Shown here: piece by piece, positions 32,955-45,030 of the stretch
Layout: every line of letters starts with the position of its first letter
Numbering within the stretch: position 1 is the stretch's first letter
Origin: Botryllus schlosseri
Lineage: Eukaryota
NCBI GenBank assembly: GCA_051294905.1
Contig: CM119373.1
Coordinates: 4,836,001-4,900,000, forward strand
DNA length: 64,000 nt
Reading direction: 5' to 3'
Program-made: the position numbers and the translations under genes
Notes under the pieces: model-generated
Databases searched by the model: none
Told to the model about the DNA's origin: nothing
The model's input: the letters and a program-made list of their open reading frames with translations, nothing else

Positions 32955-34659
32955 ATACATGGTCGCGACCCACCATTTTATGAATCGCGTGTGACGATTG
33001 CCGAGTATCTGCGCAATTACACCGTCACCCGCGGGTCGCGCGCCCATAAACGCCGTGCGACCAGACCTGTCTTGGTAGGGCTGAAATTCGTGTCCGTTCT
33101 GAACGCCGTGTACTTTTTTCAAGATGCCCTTATGTATACCCCGTTCCGCAGCCTGGAAGACTTGTTCCACGACGCGTACGCCACCTTGCCGTCGGAACTG
33201 CGTATGTTTTCGTTTGCTATATGCAACAGGTCAGAGTTCTGGTCACAGGTCAGAGTTCTGGTCCAACAGGGCTAACATTCTTGAAGTGTGCAGCGTTCGC
33301 GGGGATAGGGCCCACTTTGCGGAGACTTTCGTTTCTTGCTTTGCCAGTTATTTCCAGGTGTGGAACGGCTACGTCAATGGAACTTTCACGAACGCCGAAC
33401 TCGAGAATCCACCGGAGGACGCGTCAAGTCGTATTCCTTTGTCGCCGATGCAATCGGTATTCGTTGAGCAGGTTGTGGCGGCCGTGCGCCGTAGGACATC
33501 TGACGACGTCGAGACTGTGCCCCCTGCAAACGCGGAACGGAGACCGTACCACTTGTTGTGTGGCCCGCACGGTACGGGAAAGTCGTTGTGCCTTACCCGC
33601 TTTGTGGTCCTTTCTCAGGAGGAAGGTGCTCGTGTGCTAGTCGTTGCGCCGACCGGACTACTCGTTTCTACCTACAAGGCAAAACTGGGACGCGACGTTA
33701 CGTGCGAGACCGTACACGCCGCGTTTCTCATAAACGTCGGAGAAGAGGGTTCGCGTGTCACAAAGGTCAACTGGAGGTTGCGTGAGTACGACCTCATCGT
33801 AATCGATGAAATCTCTATGATTTCGGTGCGTAACTCCAATCATGTTGACTTGTGTCTGCGCAACGCTGCTCCCGAAGCCGTAGTCGCCTTCTTTGGGGAC
33901 CAGCGTCAACTTCAGCCTGTCGAAGACGATGGCGCTACGGGAAGCATGTTCAGCAACAGGTCCCTGATGTCACAGTGTGAGCGAATAACTCTGTTGCATC
34001 AGTACAGGACGTCTGACGCGGCCTTGGAACGGTTTCTCGGTCTTTGCCGTCACGGTCGACCGTCCGAGATGCAGCTAGCGGCCTTTGCTGAAGGTAAGGT
34101 ACTCCTCGATACCGACTACGCGACCGACGAGGGCCTTTCGTCGGTTCGCACGTCTCGCCCGGACCATCTCGTGATCGCGTTCACCAACGCTTCTGTGCGC
34201 AGATATAACGTCCTGGCCAGGGATGAACTGTTTGCAGACGAGTTGCCCGAACTAAATGGACGTTATCCGACGTGCGACGGTGTGCCTGAGCCGATTTACG
34301 TGGGTATGCAGGTCTTCCTGACGGAAAACAGGCAGAAGGCACGGTCGTACGTTAACGGTGTCGTCAAGGCTACTGTCGGCAAGACCGTTTTTGTTCAAAT
34401 CCCTTCTGGAACGATGATTCGCGTATACCCCGTGCGATCCCCCAAGGGTGTGTACTATCCGTTTGCTTTAGCGTACGCCTCGACTATCCACAAGGTTCAA
34501 GGACAGACTCTGGACAAAGTCGAGGTGTGGTTCGATCGGATACGTGTTCCGCCGGGCTGCGCGTACGTGGCTCTGTCTCGGGTGAGGCGTTCCGGGGACA
34601 TCCTTTTTATGGTTACTCCGCTCACCTGCCACTTCGACAACGTCCGTTTCGACACTTAA
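32955..34659 (+). pseudogene. pif1: PIF1-family (SF1B) DNA helicase, 5' part missing or undetected, frameshifted by a 19-bp tandem duplication (33226-33263)
   Basis: Walker A GPHGTGKS, VAPTGLL, ETVHAAF, LIVIDEISM, FFGDQRQLQPV, LLHQYRT, VFLTEN..VNG, PFALAYASTIHKVQGQTL, AYVALSRVR; upstream frame YFFQDALMYTPFRSLEDL joins once the duplication is removed. Confidence 0.9.
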
Positions 34660-35301
34660 TTGGCGTCGCCTGTTCCGTGCTCATTCCATGTTTATGTTAT
34701 CTTTCCTTAGTTAGGTGATTCTCAATGCGTTTATGGTACGTGCACGAGCCTCCCCGTGGCAGAATCGGTAACGCGTACTTGCGGCTAATACGTGCTGAAA
34801 CCTATTCCGTTGTTGCTCTGTCGCTTACGTGAACCTTTGCTTTTCAGACGGAGATGGATTAACGACGGTGCGTCGATCCGTTCGTTACTTACTGTCATAT
34901 CTCTCTCTCGTTTCTCGTGCGGTATCTTTGATTCAAATATAAACTCGTAATACCGTTTCATACGTTTGTCTTTGGCCTCGTTGTCGACAGAGTTGTCATG
35001 AAAGGTAGTCAGGTCGTGCCGGGTCTCGGATGCAATCGTCATCGTTTAGAACATGTCAAAGTTTCCAACAGAACTTGGTAAAAAAATAGCCCCGGCGAGC
35101 CGCCGAAGTGACCCCCCCCCCCCCCGAGACCTCAAACGAACCCGCACATGTCCGACCGTCACGGTCTTGTTGCAGTTCGAAAAATTTTATAAAAAAAAAA
35201 TGGGCGAGCCGCCGAAGCGACTCGCCTTGAACAAATGGAACAATAAGAAAAAACCAACATAAACAATCACCCGCGTTTGCGTCACACTGTGTCAGTATGA
35301 G

Positions 35302-35511
35302 TCATTTATCGGTTGGCCCGTCGAAGTTGTCAGCCTCCGACTTTCCGCTTGTGGAACCGATTTCACTGCCGGAGCTTTCGGTTGATTCGCTGTCGACCGT
35401 GCTGACTATCAGCATCTTTCTCGGTTTGTTAGACCCCGGCTTAACCGAAACGATTGCGATATCGCTGTCGCTACTCATGTTGTAGCCCGGTTCATCGGCA
35501 TTGAGCAGCAT
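35302..35511 (-). CDS. Small Ser/acidic-rich ORF, 69 aa, directly after micro-ORF Z1
   Basis: ATG lies 2 nt after the Z1 stop (TGA TC ATG). Confidence 0.35.
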   Translation of the reverse strand: MLLNADEPGYNMSSDSDIAIVSVKPGSNKPRKMLIVSTVDSESTESSGSEIGSTSGKSEADNFDGPTDK

Positions 35512-35513
35512 GA

Positions 35514-35657
35514 TCAATTGATCATTCTTTCTCGTTTTGCTTTTTCTTGCAGTTTTATTCTTTCCATTTTCTTCGCCATTTGGCGATCTCGCCGTTCCGC
35601 GGACTCTTTGTCAAAGCCGCACATGGTGCAGAACCATCTATGATCATAATTATCCAT
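35514..35657 (-). CDS. Micro-ORF Z1, 47 aa: MDNYDHRWFCTMCGFDKESAERRDRQMAKKMERIKLQEKAKRERMIN
   Basis: Manual translation; preceded by acceptor TTGTTTTTCGCAG|AAATAATG; HxWxCxxCG motif shared with Z2, followed by a charged helix. Confidence 0.55.
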   Translation of the reverse strand: MDNYDHRWFCTMCGFDKESAERRDRQMAKKMERIKLQEKAKRERMIN

Positions 35658-36192
35658 TATTTCTGCGAAAAACAAGATCTCATGTTATTCGTCAGGTTTT
35701 CGATCGCCTCTCAGACAGGGGCCGGGTCGACGCCCGCTCATGCGATCCCCTAGCATATTAGTAATTTTTCAGAAACCCTGGTGACTTTTTTCGGCTCGGC
35801 CGACTTCGAAAAAAAGCGACGGCACACCGCCTCGAGCGCATTACAGGCCCGGATGCGATATATCGTGCTTTGAGCGTCGCTCGGTCTGGCCGTGAGGCCG
35901 AGACGTCCAACTGAGTTTTTCGGACATTGATCGATTTCAAAAAAAAATTGCGAAAAAAAATGGCCCCGACGAGCCACCGAAGCGACCCGTCGAGACCCCA
36001 ACTGAAACCGTCACCTTCACCTTCACCGTCACCGATATGTCAAATCCGAACTATTGCGCCGAACTATTGCGATAACGCAAAGTCGATATCTGTAATGTGG
36101 TCCCCCACGACTCGCCTGGCAAAATCTCGAATTCTCGCGAGGAGTTCTCGCATTGCAAGTCGTTTACGCATTTCGGAGTTATCCCTTCGCAG

Positions 36193-36333
36193 TCACAGTT
36201 CGTCGATGTGGAGCTGACTTCTCTCATAATCACAATCAGACGCCTCTTCCTCGGCCGGATCACGTGCGCTCGTGCGCGGCATCCCACACTGGGAGCATAC
36301 CCATTCGTGCTTACATTTAGGATTAGCGCTCAT
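36193..36333 (-). CDS. Micro-ORF Z2, 46 aa: MSANPKCKHEWVCSQCGMPRTSARDPAEEEASDCDYERSQLHIDEL (frame stays open for 42 more codons past the TGA)
   Basis: Manual translation; preceded by acceptor TTTGCGTTTACAG|AATTAAAATG; CxHxWxCxxCG motif. Confidence 0.55.
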   Translation of the reverse strand: MSANPKCKHEWVCSQCGMPRTSARDPAEEEASDCDYERSQLHIDEL

Positions 36334-38068
36334 TTTAATTCTGTAAACGCAAAGTCATAGCGTTATGCGAGGCTGAACGATATCATCGAGCCGGGGTGAA
36401 GGCCGGGTAATCAACCCGCTCATGCGGCCCCCCACCACTTTAGTCCTTCTTCAGAAACCCTGCTGACTTTTTTCAGCTCGAACAAGTTCGAAAAAAGCGA
36501 CAACACGCCGTCTCGAACGCCTTAGACGCCCGCCTCCGACATATCGTGCTTGGGACTCGCTCGGTCTGCCCTTCAGGCCGAGGCGTCCGGGCGACTTGTC
36601 GGACTTGGTCCGATTTCGAAAAAAAACTTGGCGAAAAAAAGAGACCCGATCGGCCGCCGAAGCTCGACTTCGACCTCGAAGTCCGACTTTTCGAAAAAAA
36701 AAACTGGCCGAAGCGATCAGCCGAGACTCGATCAACATTTTTTGGTCAAAGTTCACGGACCACCTGCTCCCCGCAAATAGCCGTTCCGTGCCAAGAGAAG
36801 TCGGCCATCCCACTACTAAGGGTGCGGTGGGTGTGGTTTAACGGAAACGGCGGGAACAATCGAAAATTCTGGAAGCTTCGTAAATACTCATAAAATGTAT
36901 GTAGTATGGTGTTTTAATCTGTTCGGAGGAGTTTTATGTTGCAACTTTTCTCTATACTTTTCATGCAGCTTTTTTTCTGCAACTTGCGCAAAATATGCTA
37001 TAAAACTATGATAAAGAATAAATTGATGGATTTCAAGTGACAATGCGGCCCACCATAGGCGCCGGACGCAGGTATACTGGGTATGCCGTGTTTACCTAGC
37101 AATGTTTTCGGGTATGCGGCATACCAATTTTTCTGTTAGTCATGAAACTCCTGAAGTTACTGGTAAATTGTGCGATTCGGAAATAAGCCATAGCGTTGCC
37201 GTGCTATTGCTTACGTGAGCAAATTATTAACACATTGATGAAACGTGAGTATAATTAGAAGACACGACGCGGCACGACACGACAAGACCGGGAGCTTGAT
37301 AAAGCTTGATAGAAAATATGTTGATTTCTACACGCGCGAAATGTTGTAATTGTGGAAATGACCCGACCAAACATCAGTAGGCTACAGAAAAGTGTATGCC
37401 AAATTGTTAAATTGCCAAGCAACTTCATGCCCTGTGGAGCGAAGTTTCAGCATACTACGCAAACTGTTGGCAAACGATCGTAATTTCTCCGCCGACAATG
37501 CCTGGAAATATTTATATATTTCTAGATACTATATGTAAATAGATCGCTTGATCGTTAAAATTTCAGGTGTTTTCCTATTTCTCGGACGCCCAATCGATGC
37601 GATCGAAAATGATATTTAAACTGGGTCACCTTTTCCAGGAAGCCTTGGATTATGTTTGCAGACCTAGGGAGGTGGTTTGGTGATGTGATTTCGGGGGAGT
37701 ATCGCTTATTTCGATATCTTCTTGCTGCTTTCATGTAGGTTTCAAACCCCATGTAAATAAAAACGAGCAGATTTTAAACTACTGGAACCTTTCGAGTATC
37801 TCATACCCTCATGATTTCAAATAATTGTGTAAATGCAACTTCTGCAACTTTCGTTGAAATTAAAAAATAAATGCAGCTTTCTCGGGTTTTCAGTGCAACA
37901 AAAACTTGCCCTAGTGATAGCCTGGTGGCTTACGAACAATATCGCAGGCGAGCGAAGACACATTCGGCAAAAACCTATATCGAATTTATTGATATTTCGG
38001 GATGTAACCTCAGAAACCGATGCATTGAGAGACGTCATCGCAGTCGGGTATGTCCACCGGGTGTCCGG

Positions 38069-40726
38069 TAAAGATGTATGGATCATGGTCTTTTGGGATC
38101 CTGTTCCAATCCTGATCCTGTTTCTATCGCAGATTTCAGTATCCGAGTCCAAAAATAATCCTATTTACGGAAATTGCTTCATGATCCATGTTACTATGAG
38201 TAGCGGTAAAATTTATATTACCATAGGCCTAGGAGATCTGAAAAAAATAACATCAACAGAAGTTGAGGGCAGGATGAACTTCAAAATAATAGTTTACCTG
38301 ACTACAAACGATGAACAGTTGATTACTGAAATTGTATTCAAGAACTGCAGCATGGTAATCGTTAAGATACATAGTACATACATACTGAAAAAATCCTGAC
38401 ACAATCAGACTGATCTCACTTGAAAATATCCTCACCCGCACTTTTCAATACAACTAAACCATCTAAACTATCAGCTGAGAGTAATGATCTTTTTTTGTCA
38501 ATAGCATTCCCACACAAACTGAACGCCCTTTTACTGGATGCACTTGATGCAGGAATACTGATTAGCCCAACATCATGTCTACTGAGATTTGGATGTCTGG
38601 CAATTGTGCTTGAATTTGTCCAATACTTCAGTATGCCGATGCCATCCCCTATCTCTGAGTCACTCAAAGGACTCTTAATATAGTCTTCGAGCTCATCAGT
38701 TGAACTTTGAGATGATACTTCCTGCCAATGGAGAAATTCGTCATCAAAACTGTGTAGTTTTTTCTTGAAAGGTGGCTGTTCATACGCATGGTCTTCATGA
38801 ACAGTATTTGATGAGCTGCCTGATGCACAAGCTTGATCATGATCATAATCGATAGACGATTCTAGTTCCTTTAGGAGTCTACGCGCCAAACTGTGTATCT
38901 GATCCTGCTTATAGAAGCTGAAAAGGGTATCAGTGACTTGTAAATGTGATTAAGAAAGAGGGCAAGCAAATGTATATTACAGATCTCAAATTTTGCTTCA
39001 AGACATCGTAGCCCACGTTCTTTTAGAAACTTCAAAATTTGGCTGTCAGTGATTGAAGGAGCCATTGACACCTGAAGAGCATGGGAGCATTGGTATTCTC
39101 GGTGTATGGTGGGGGTTATAGTCACCCTCCAGACGCTTTGTTGCATCATAGAATGGTTGTAAAAAGACAATTAGTGTCCCCAACAACACCCAATCAATAG
39201 ACAACAGCTTAGATTCATAAGGTGAACTCGGCAGCACAGTGGTCAAATCGTTCTGAGTACCACTGAATGATTGTAACATAGTGAATGTAGAATTCCATCT
39301 GGTTTCAACACTTCGTTTCAGGCTGCTAGGTAGACTGTTGTTCAACCCAGTACGCTTGATGTAACCAGTTATTGAGTTCACTGATGATACTAGCTCTTGA
39401 ATGCGATTTACATGACTCATCTCAGTACTCTCTGGTGTTACGACATCAACAGTCTTGCTCAAATGATGCAATGCAATGCAATGGGTAATGCAATGCAATG
39501 GGTGACTCAATACAGTTGCAAGCATGTGGCACGCACACGGTATACGATTGAAATCAGCCAACGCAACCTTTGTATTGCTGCGATTGTCTGACACGAAAAA
39601 TATCTTTGAGATGACACTATGCAGTGAAAGAGACAACAGGTGGCATGTGTTAATTATACTTCGCTTGATATTCCCACCACTCTTTTTGCCTTCGAATTCA
39701 TACACTGTCAAAGTTCTACTTTTTTCAGTTTACCACCTGCCACATAATGGACCGTGAGAGACACAAAATGACGGCATTTGATGTCAGTCCACATATCTGT
39801 AGTTATTCCAATAAAACCATTTCTGCAAATTGCATTTCTCACTTCTGACACCACTCTTTTCCTAACTTCGCCAGCCGTTTGAACTACTTTCCTCTTCGGA
39901 GTATTCCTATCAGGAATAACAGTTTTGGCATCAACTTTACCATGCTTTGCTCCCACTTCAATTAATGCATATGCCAACATCATAAAACCTTTCCCCTCAA
40001 CTGCTTTTAGAGGTCGGATGTCTATAGCAGTTAATGCCACTGCCGCATCAGTGACCTTTTCTTTGACAGCTTTGGGGACATCAAGTTTTTTTTAAATATC
40101 CTGTCAATTTTGTGCTAGCTCGCATTTTGGAATTTCCACTGCATGCCAGCAAATGGTTGCGGAGATGTGTCGTCCCACTGAGGGATTTATCGTACTTAAC
40201 TGGCTCGTTACATTGGCAGCACAAAACATATCCAGCATATTTCCTATCTTGCTTGTGTACCTAGTGCCGGAATCGTCTCCAAACATCACTTTTCGTTTTT
40301 GTGACGGTATTTTCATCAGCTGCAACAACGTCATTGCTAGCTATCAATTCTTAAATCTCTGACATTCTGAATTAGACAATAACCCCAAATGATATCAAGA
40401 TCTGACATCTGACGAAAGAGCAGCCCAAGACACTTCTGCCGTAACGACTTGAAATTTCCTAAGCGGAAAATATATGATAATAATCGACTTTTACATGTAA
40501 GAAATAGACTTTATAAACTCCGAGAATATAAGTTATACCTCTGAATCAAATATACTTGTCATGATTCTGATCAGGTTTTCGTCAAAATAAAAATAAATAA
40601 AAATAATGTCCTGATCCGGATCCGGCAAAGCGGGGAAATTTGGAATCCGGATCCAATCCTGTTGCCAAAACATCACCCGGAATCCTGACCAGTTAGAATC
40701 CAAAATCCCGATCCTGTACATCTCTA
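38069..40726 (-). mobile_element. Decayed autonomous-type hAT (Ac/hobo/Hermes-like) transposon
   Basis: Imperfect TIRs TA(A/G)AGATGTA..GGATC; 8-bp TSD GTGTCCGG/GTGTCTGG; GGATC/GATCC subterminal repeats. Confidence 0.85.
38416..40334 (-). pseudogene. hAT transposase, frameshifted
   Basis: DIRPLKAVEGKGF, GITTDMWTD, FVSDNRSN, PCACHML, VETRWNS, LQPFYDATKRLEG, IPASSASSKRAFS spread over several frames. Confidence 0.92.
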
Positions 40727-42430
40727 GTGTCTGGTACATCTGAAACCTGTCGAATATAACATAGTTGTTTCCGCGTCTACGAGTCGTGTTGAGTGTTACG
40801 GTCACAACTGATAGATATGTGCCGGTATTATTGATTACACACTAAGTCATATCATACCATATAGTAATACACCATATATCAATAAACATAACATAATCAT
40901 AATGTGATAGCATATACACAGAAGCCGAATCGTTAATGGCTTGAGCTTATCAAGGCAGGACGTAAATATAATATAATACACAGGTATTGAGGGTGGCATT
41001 ACGTAGTGGCCAATAGGGTGTTGGTTTTACGTATTTTCTCATATGAACAAAGGTGTCTCCCATCGCTTCTCTAATCAATGATACGTACAGGTCGTCGGGC
41101 GCGAACATTTGAAGTCGGACCGATGTCAGGTCTTGTTACACGGGAACACTGTGTAATATAATTTTCGAACTTATAACATCCGTGGTCATGTCGAACGACT
41201 AGAACACACGAACACGGATGTTATAATTTTCGAACTTATAACATCCGTGGTCATGTCGAACGACTAGAACACACGAACACTTACTAAATTATTTCTTAGA
41301 TCTGTAACAGTAATTAGAAATTATAACACGCGCTCGCGCTTGGTTGTGCCTAATACGCACCAGTTGTGTAAACCACATATATTCGCCCTAATTGATTTCC
41401 AACTCATTGTGGGGATAAATATTTCGCGTATTAGTGTTATGATAAGAATTCAACGATTTGTACCTGCATCAATATGAAACATTATGCAACCATGTAGGCT
41501 ACCATAAACCACGTATATTCGCATCATTTGATTTCCAAACTCATTGTGCGGTGTAATATCTCGCGTATTAGTGTTATGATGATAATCCAACGATTTGTTC
41601 CTGCATCAATATGAAACATTACGCAACCAACCATCGATTTGAGTAATGCAATTGATACTCACGTCCGGTACCGGTTCGGTACGAGACGTGCTCGCAGTCG
41701 GATGCGACACCCGTGCTCGCAGTCGCATTTGAAACATGTGAAACGTAACATTCTCGAGTTCGCGTAGCTACGCTTGTTCGGTATTGATGTTGCAACTTAT
41801 ACTGATGTAGCGGGATCATTGATCACATTACAGCATGAATATAAGCAACCGTTTATAGCATCTGTAAAGAGGCGGGCGCTTCGATGTTTTGTGCTAATCC
41901 TATCCGAAGTACAAGTGCGCACAAGTACGAACAGTCGCATCTACCTGGTTTTACGTAATTTTGCAAACGTGCACGGCATTCTTCCTCGCTCTCCGAATCA
42001 ATGATAGGCACTGGTCGTCTATCGCGAACATTTGTATACGTACCGATGTTAGTTGGTGTGATGCGGGAAGGATAGGGAAAATTATAAAATACGTTTCTAA
42101 TGTAGAGAGAAAACACGAATAAACCGTTACCCGAATAGTAAGGATATTATACATCGCACGGTCGTGACTGTGTGTACCGACTACGCACCGAGTCCCAAAA
42201 CATTTTACATATGCATGATATTCCCAACTCGTTGTGCGCATGAACTGTCACGTTGTGCGCATGAACTGTCACATATACTAGTTATATGCATATAATACGG
42301 GTGAATATTTGATGGCACATGTGGTGATCTAACCTCGGTTAACCATCAGTCGCTCACAATTCGCAAAGTCTCTTCAGTCTTCATCTATCATGTTGGTGAG
42401 GCAGGCATGGAAATTGTCGGCGCATAAGTC

Positions 42431-43480
42431 TTATTCTCGACCCGCACTGCCGACGCGGACGAGGTCGGCTACGAGTATGTCTAGTATTAACTCGCACGTT
42501 GTGCTAGAAGTCGGCCTCAGATTGTAACGCAGGACAAACTCTCCAACACTAGAAAACGCCTTTCCCAAGCCTCGCGATGTTCTCCACACTCTACCAGTAA
42601 TGCGAATGGATGAAGCAGGCTCATTGGTGGTGACTACGACCAAGGTTGCACCGTTGGCTTGTTTCGATCCGTGGGGTTTGGTCGACCATGACGCATGGAA
42701 CGTTTGCTAAACGGCTGACATCATGCCGGAATGGCCACAAAAAGATAGAACTGCGATCGTGTGAGTCGATATGTAGAACTGCAACCGTGTGAGTCGATAT
42801 GTAATTGACCCACACCCGAGGCGTGGTGTGGAACTAGACTAGAAATACGCGGCAGGAATAAAATATCGCATAACAAGGTCTTTCCCGCTTCCGGCGTCCC
42901 CTTGAAAATGATATGTGGCGCGGAAGTTGAGCCGTTTCCGCGAGCCTCTATAACCGCGCACAAAAGACACGCCATTGTCTGTTCCCTAGTTCAGTATACG
43001 TAGCGCTCACAACCCGATATAATATCGTTTGCCATTTGGACGCCTTCGTCAACCGTTGTAGTGGCCGCACGAAGGCGCTTGCGCCAATCCAACAGAGCGC
43101 GATGGTGACGAACGCCAACAGTCTGCGGCCACTGATTGAAACTCCAACTCATGAGACTGGGCGAAACCGTGTAGGCCATGTTGTCCGTGAGATAGAACTC
43201 CCATTCGCCAAACGGTGGCTTCTCTTCAAATTCCATATAACCTTGAATGACGGCATGGAGTTGTGCGGTCCACGGTGCCGCGATTGGCTCCTACTACACG
43301 CGCCAGTCTAGATGGTTGCGCGTCAGTTCGACAGAACCTGTAAATATAGTACCTCGTTGATAGTGACGCAGCAATAACCACCATACAATTAATACTCACA
43401 TAAGGTTAATGTGCGCCACAACGTCCATGGTCTGCGCTATTTCATTATTTATGAAGTATGCACCGGCGCGGGTCACTATG
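42431..43480 (-). pseudogene. SF3 helicase (Rep/NS1-like) gene, copy 1, with a 62-nt intron (43338-43399) and frameshifts
   Basis: Walker A GTPEAGKT, GVGQL, motif C VVVTTN; EKPPFGEWEFY N-terminal block; GTGAGT...TTTACAG intron after DVVAHINL. Confidence 0.75.
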
Positions 43481-45030
43481 CTTCATTCATCCAGATCAGC
43501 AAATCAAAAGTTTTTTGCACAACTTTTTCCATTTTAGAAGAAAGTGTTTTCATTTTCCGGCATTCCGACCGCAGAGGTTTATATTAGATGACATCATTTA
43601 TGCGGAAATTTCGTTTCATTTCGAGAAAAGCAGCTATCTTACGCCTTAAAGCTTTATCGCAAGACGCATTTCACCATGGCACAGGTTTTCAGTTCAACAA
43701 ATGAAACTTCTGAATTGATGAATTGTTTAATTCGGGTATCTTCCGATAAACTCCCAGGCAGTTCCACTGGTAAAAATGGATGGCTTTAGCGTCCATGTGG
43801 ACTAGGTACTGAAGCCAACACTTTAACATGCGTTTCATATCATACTATTTCGAGGGCGATACTTTCACCAGTCAGACTTGGACTACTAGATAATTCTAGT
43901 TGTCAAATTCCACTAAATTAGAGCAAAGTTCCAGTAATCTAATTCTAATCTAATCTGGAAAAGCTGCAAATTTTCTAGTTGTCCAAGTATATATGCTTGG
44001 ATAACTAGATAATTCTAGTTGTCCCATTTCATTAAATTAGAGCGAAATACCAGTTATCTAATTCTAATCTAATTTGTAACAGCTGAAAATTTTCTAGTTG
44101 TCCAAGTCTGACCATTTAATGCTTCCATAGTGAATTGTTCAATCTGCACGAGCAGACTCAATAACTGCGGAGTGTCCGAATGACTTGTGTTAGTTAGATT
44201 GGAGAAAAGATGAGGACACAATATTATTAGAAGGAAGTTCCTTTCCATCGATTGGGTCAAGTGCTGAAAATCACAATAGTTTTGAGCTGGAGCAGAGATG
44301 TGATTTTTAGCATGGAGCTTGGATTGAGACTTTCGATGGGTTATGTTCCGGAGTTTTAGCAGACTCCGGAGAAGGTTTGCCAATTGATTCACGAAGCACT
44401 TGACTAACATCCTGCTTGGCTATTCGGGGATCAAGGTGTTGTTGTTTGTGAAACTATAGCTAAGAATTTGTATCGCGTCTGTATAGCTTTAACTTTGTTG
44501 CGCTCCTTGATTATCCGAAGTTTTGCTTCGGTTTTGTACACTTTGCAGCTACCGTAGGCAGCACTATGTGGCATTTTACAGTTGACACAAAATTTGTCTT
44601 TCAAAATTTGTCTTTGGTGCAGGAAGAATACTCATGCTTAGAACTACCACATAAACTGCAACATGCTTTACCTCTACAGGAATCTTCATGCTGGTCATAC
44701 TGTTCCAGTGATGGCATCTTAGCGGCGGTTGATTATGTAGTCTTGCCCGGAACCGGAGGTAAGAGGAAGTGACACTGTCAATGACCTTATCGCAGCGGAA
44801 GCACACGATAACTGATGAACACAATTCGTAGCCCGCAACAGCTTTTTCCTTTGGGGAGTTTGACGCAAAAGTTGTCGGAGTTCCGCGTCAGGAATGTCAA
44901 TTAGGACCCCGGAAAAAACCGCTCTGCAGTGTCAGACTTAGGATGGTATAGAAAGGTTTTGTCTTGAATTGTCTTGCATAAGACTTTATCTGTCAGGCAT
45001 TCGAGTCGGACTGTTGAGGAACCTGGATAT

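Larger units (their letters stand above)
35050..36760. repeat. Three diverged GC-rich blocks (about 35050-35260, 35700-36010, 36400-36760) separated by unique spacers
   Basis: Shared motifs TTCAGAAACCCTG.TGACTTTTTT, TTCGAAAAAAAGCGAC, ATATCGTGCTT...CGCTCGGTCTG.CC.T.AGGCCGAG.CGTCC (blocks 2 and 3) and GCCGCCGAAGC (all three). Confidence 0.8.

Noticed and set aside
35050-36760. Repeat-spacer layout suggestive of CRISPR
   Set aside because: Repeats are 200-350 bp and diverged, spacers are hundreds of bp, there are no cas genes and the context is eukaryotic.
37817-40805. Possible FLYWCH/MULE exon split by the hAT (TTRRRGNNYVIFDRFQMY...TRWTY)
   Set aside because: Only a loose resemblance; the key W-x-C and Cys/His ligands are missing and no MULE transposase is nearby.
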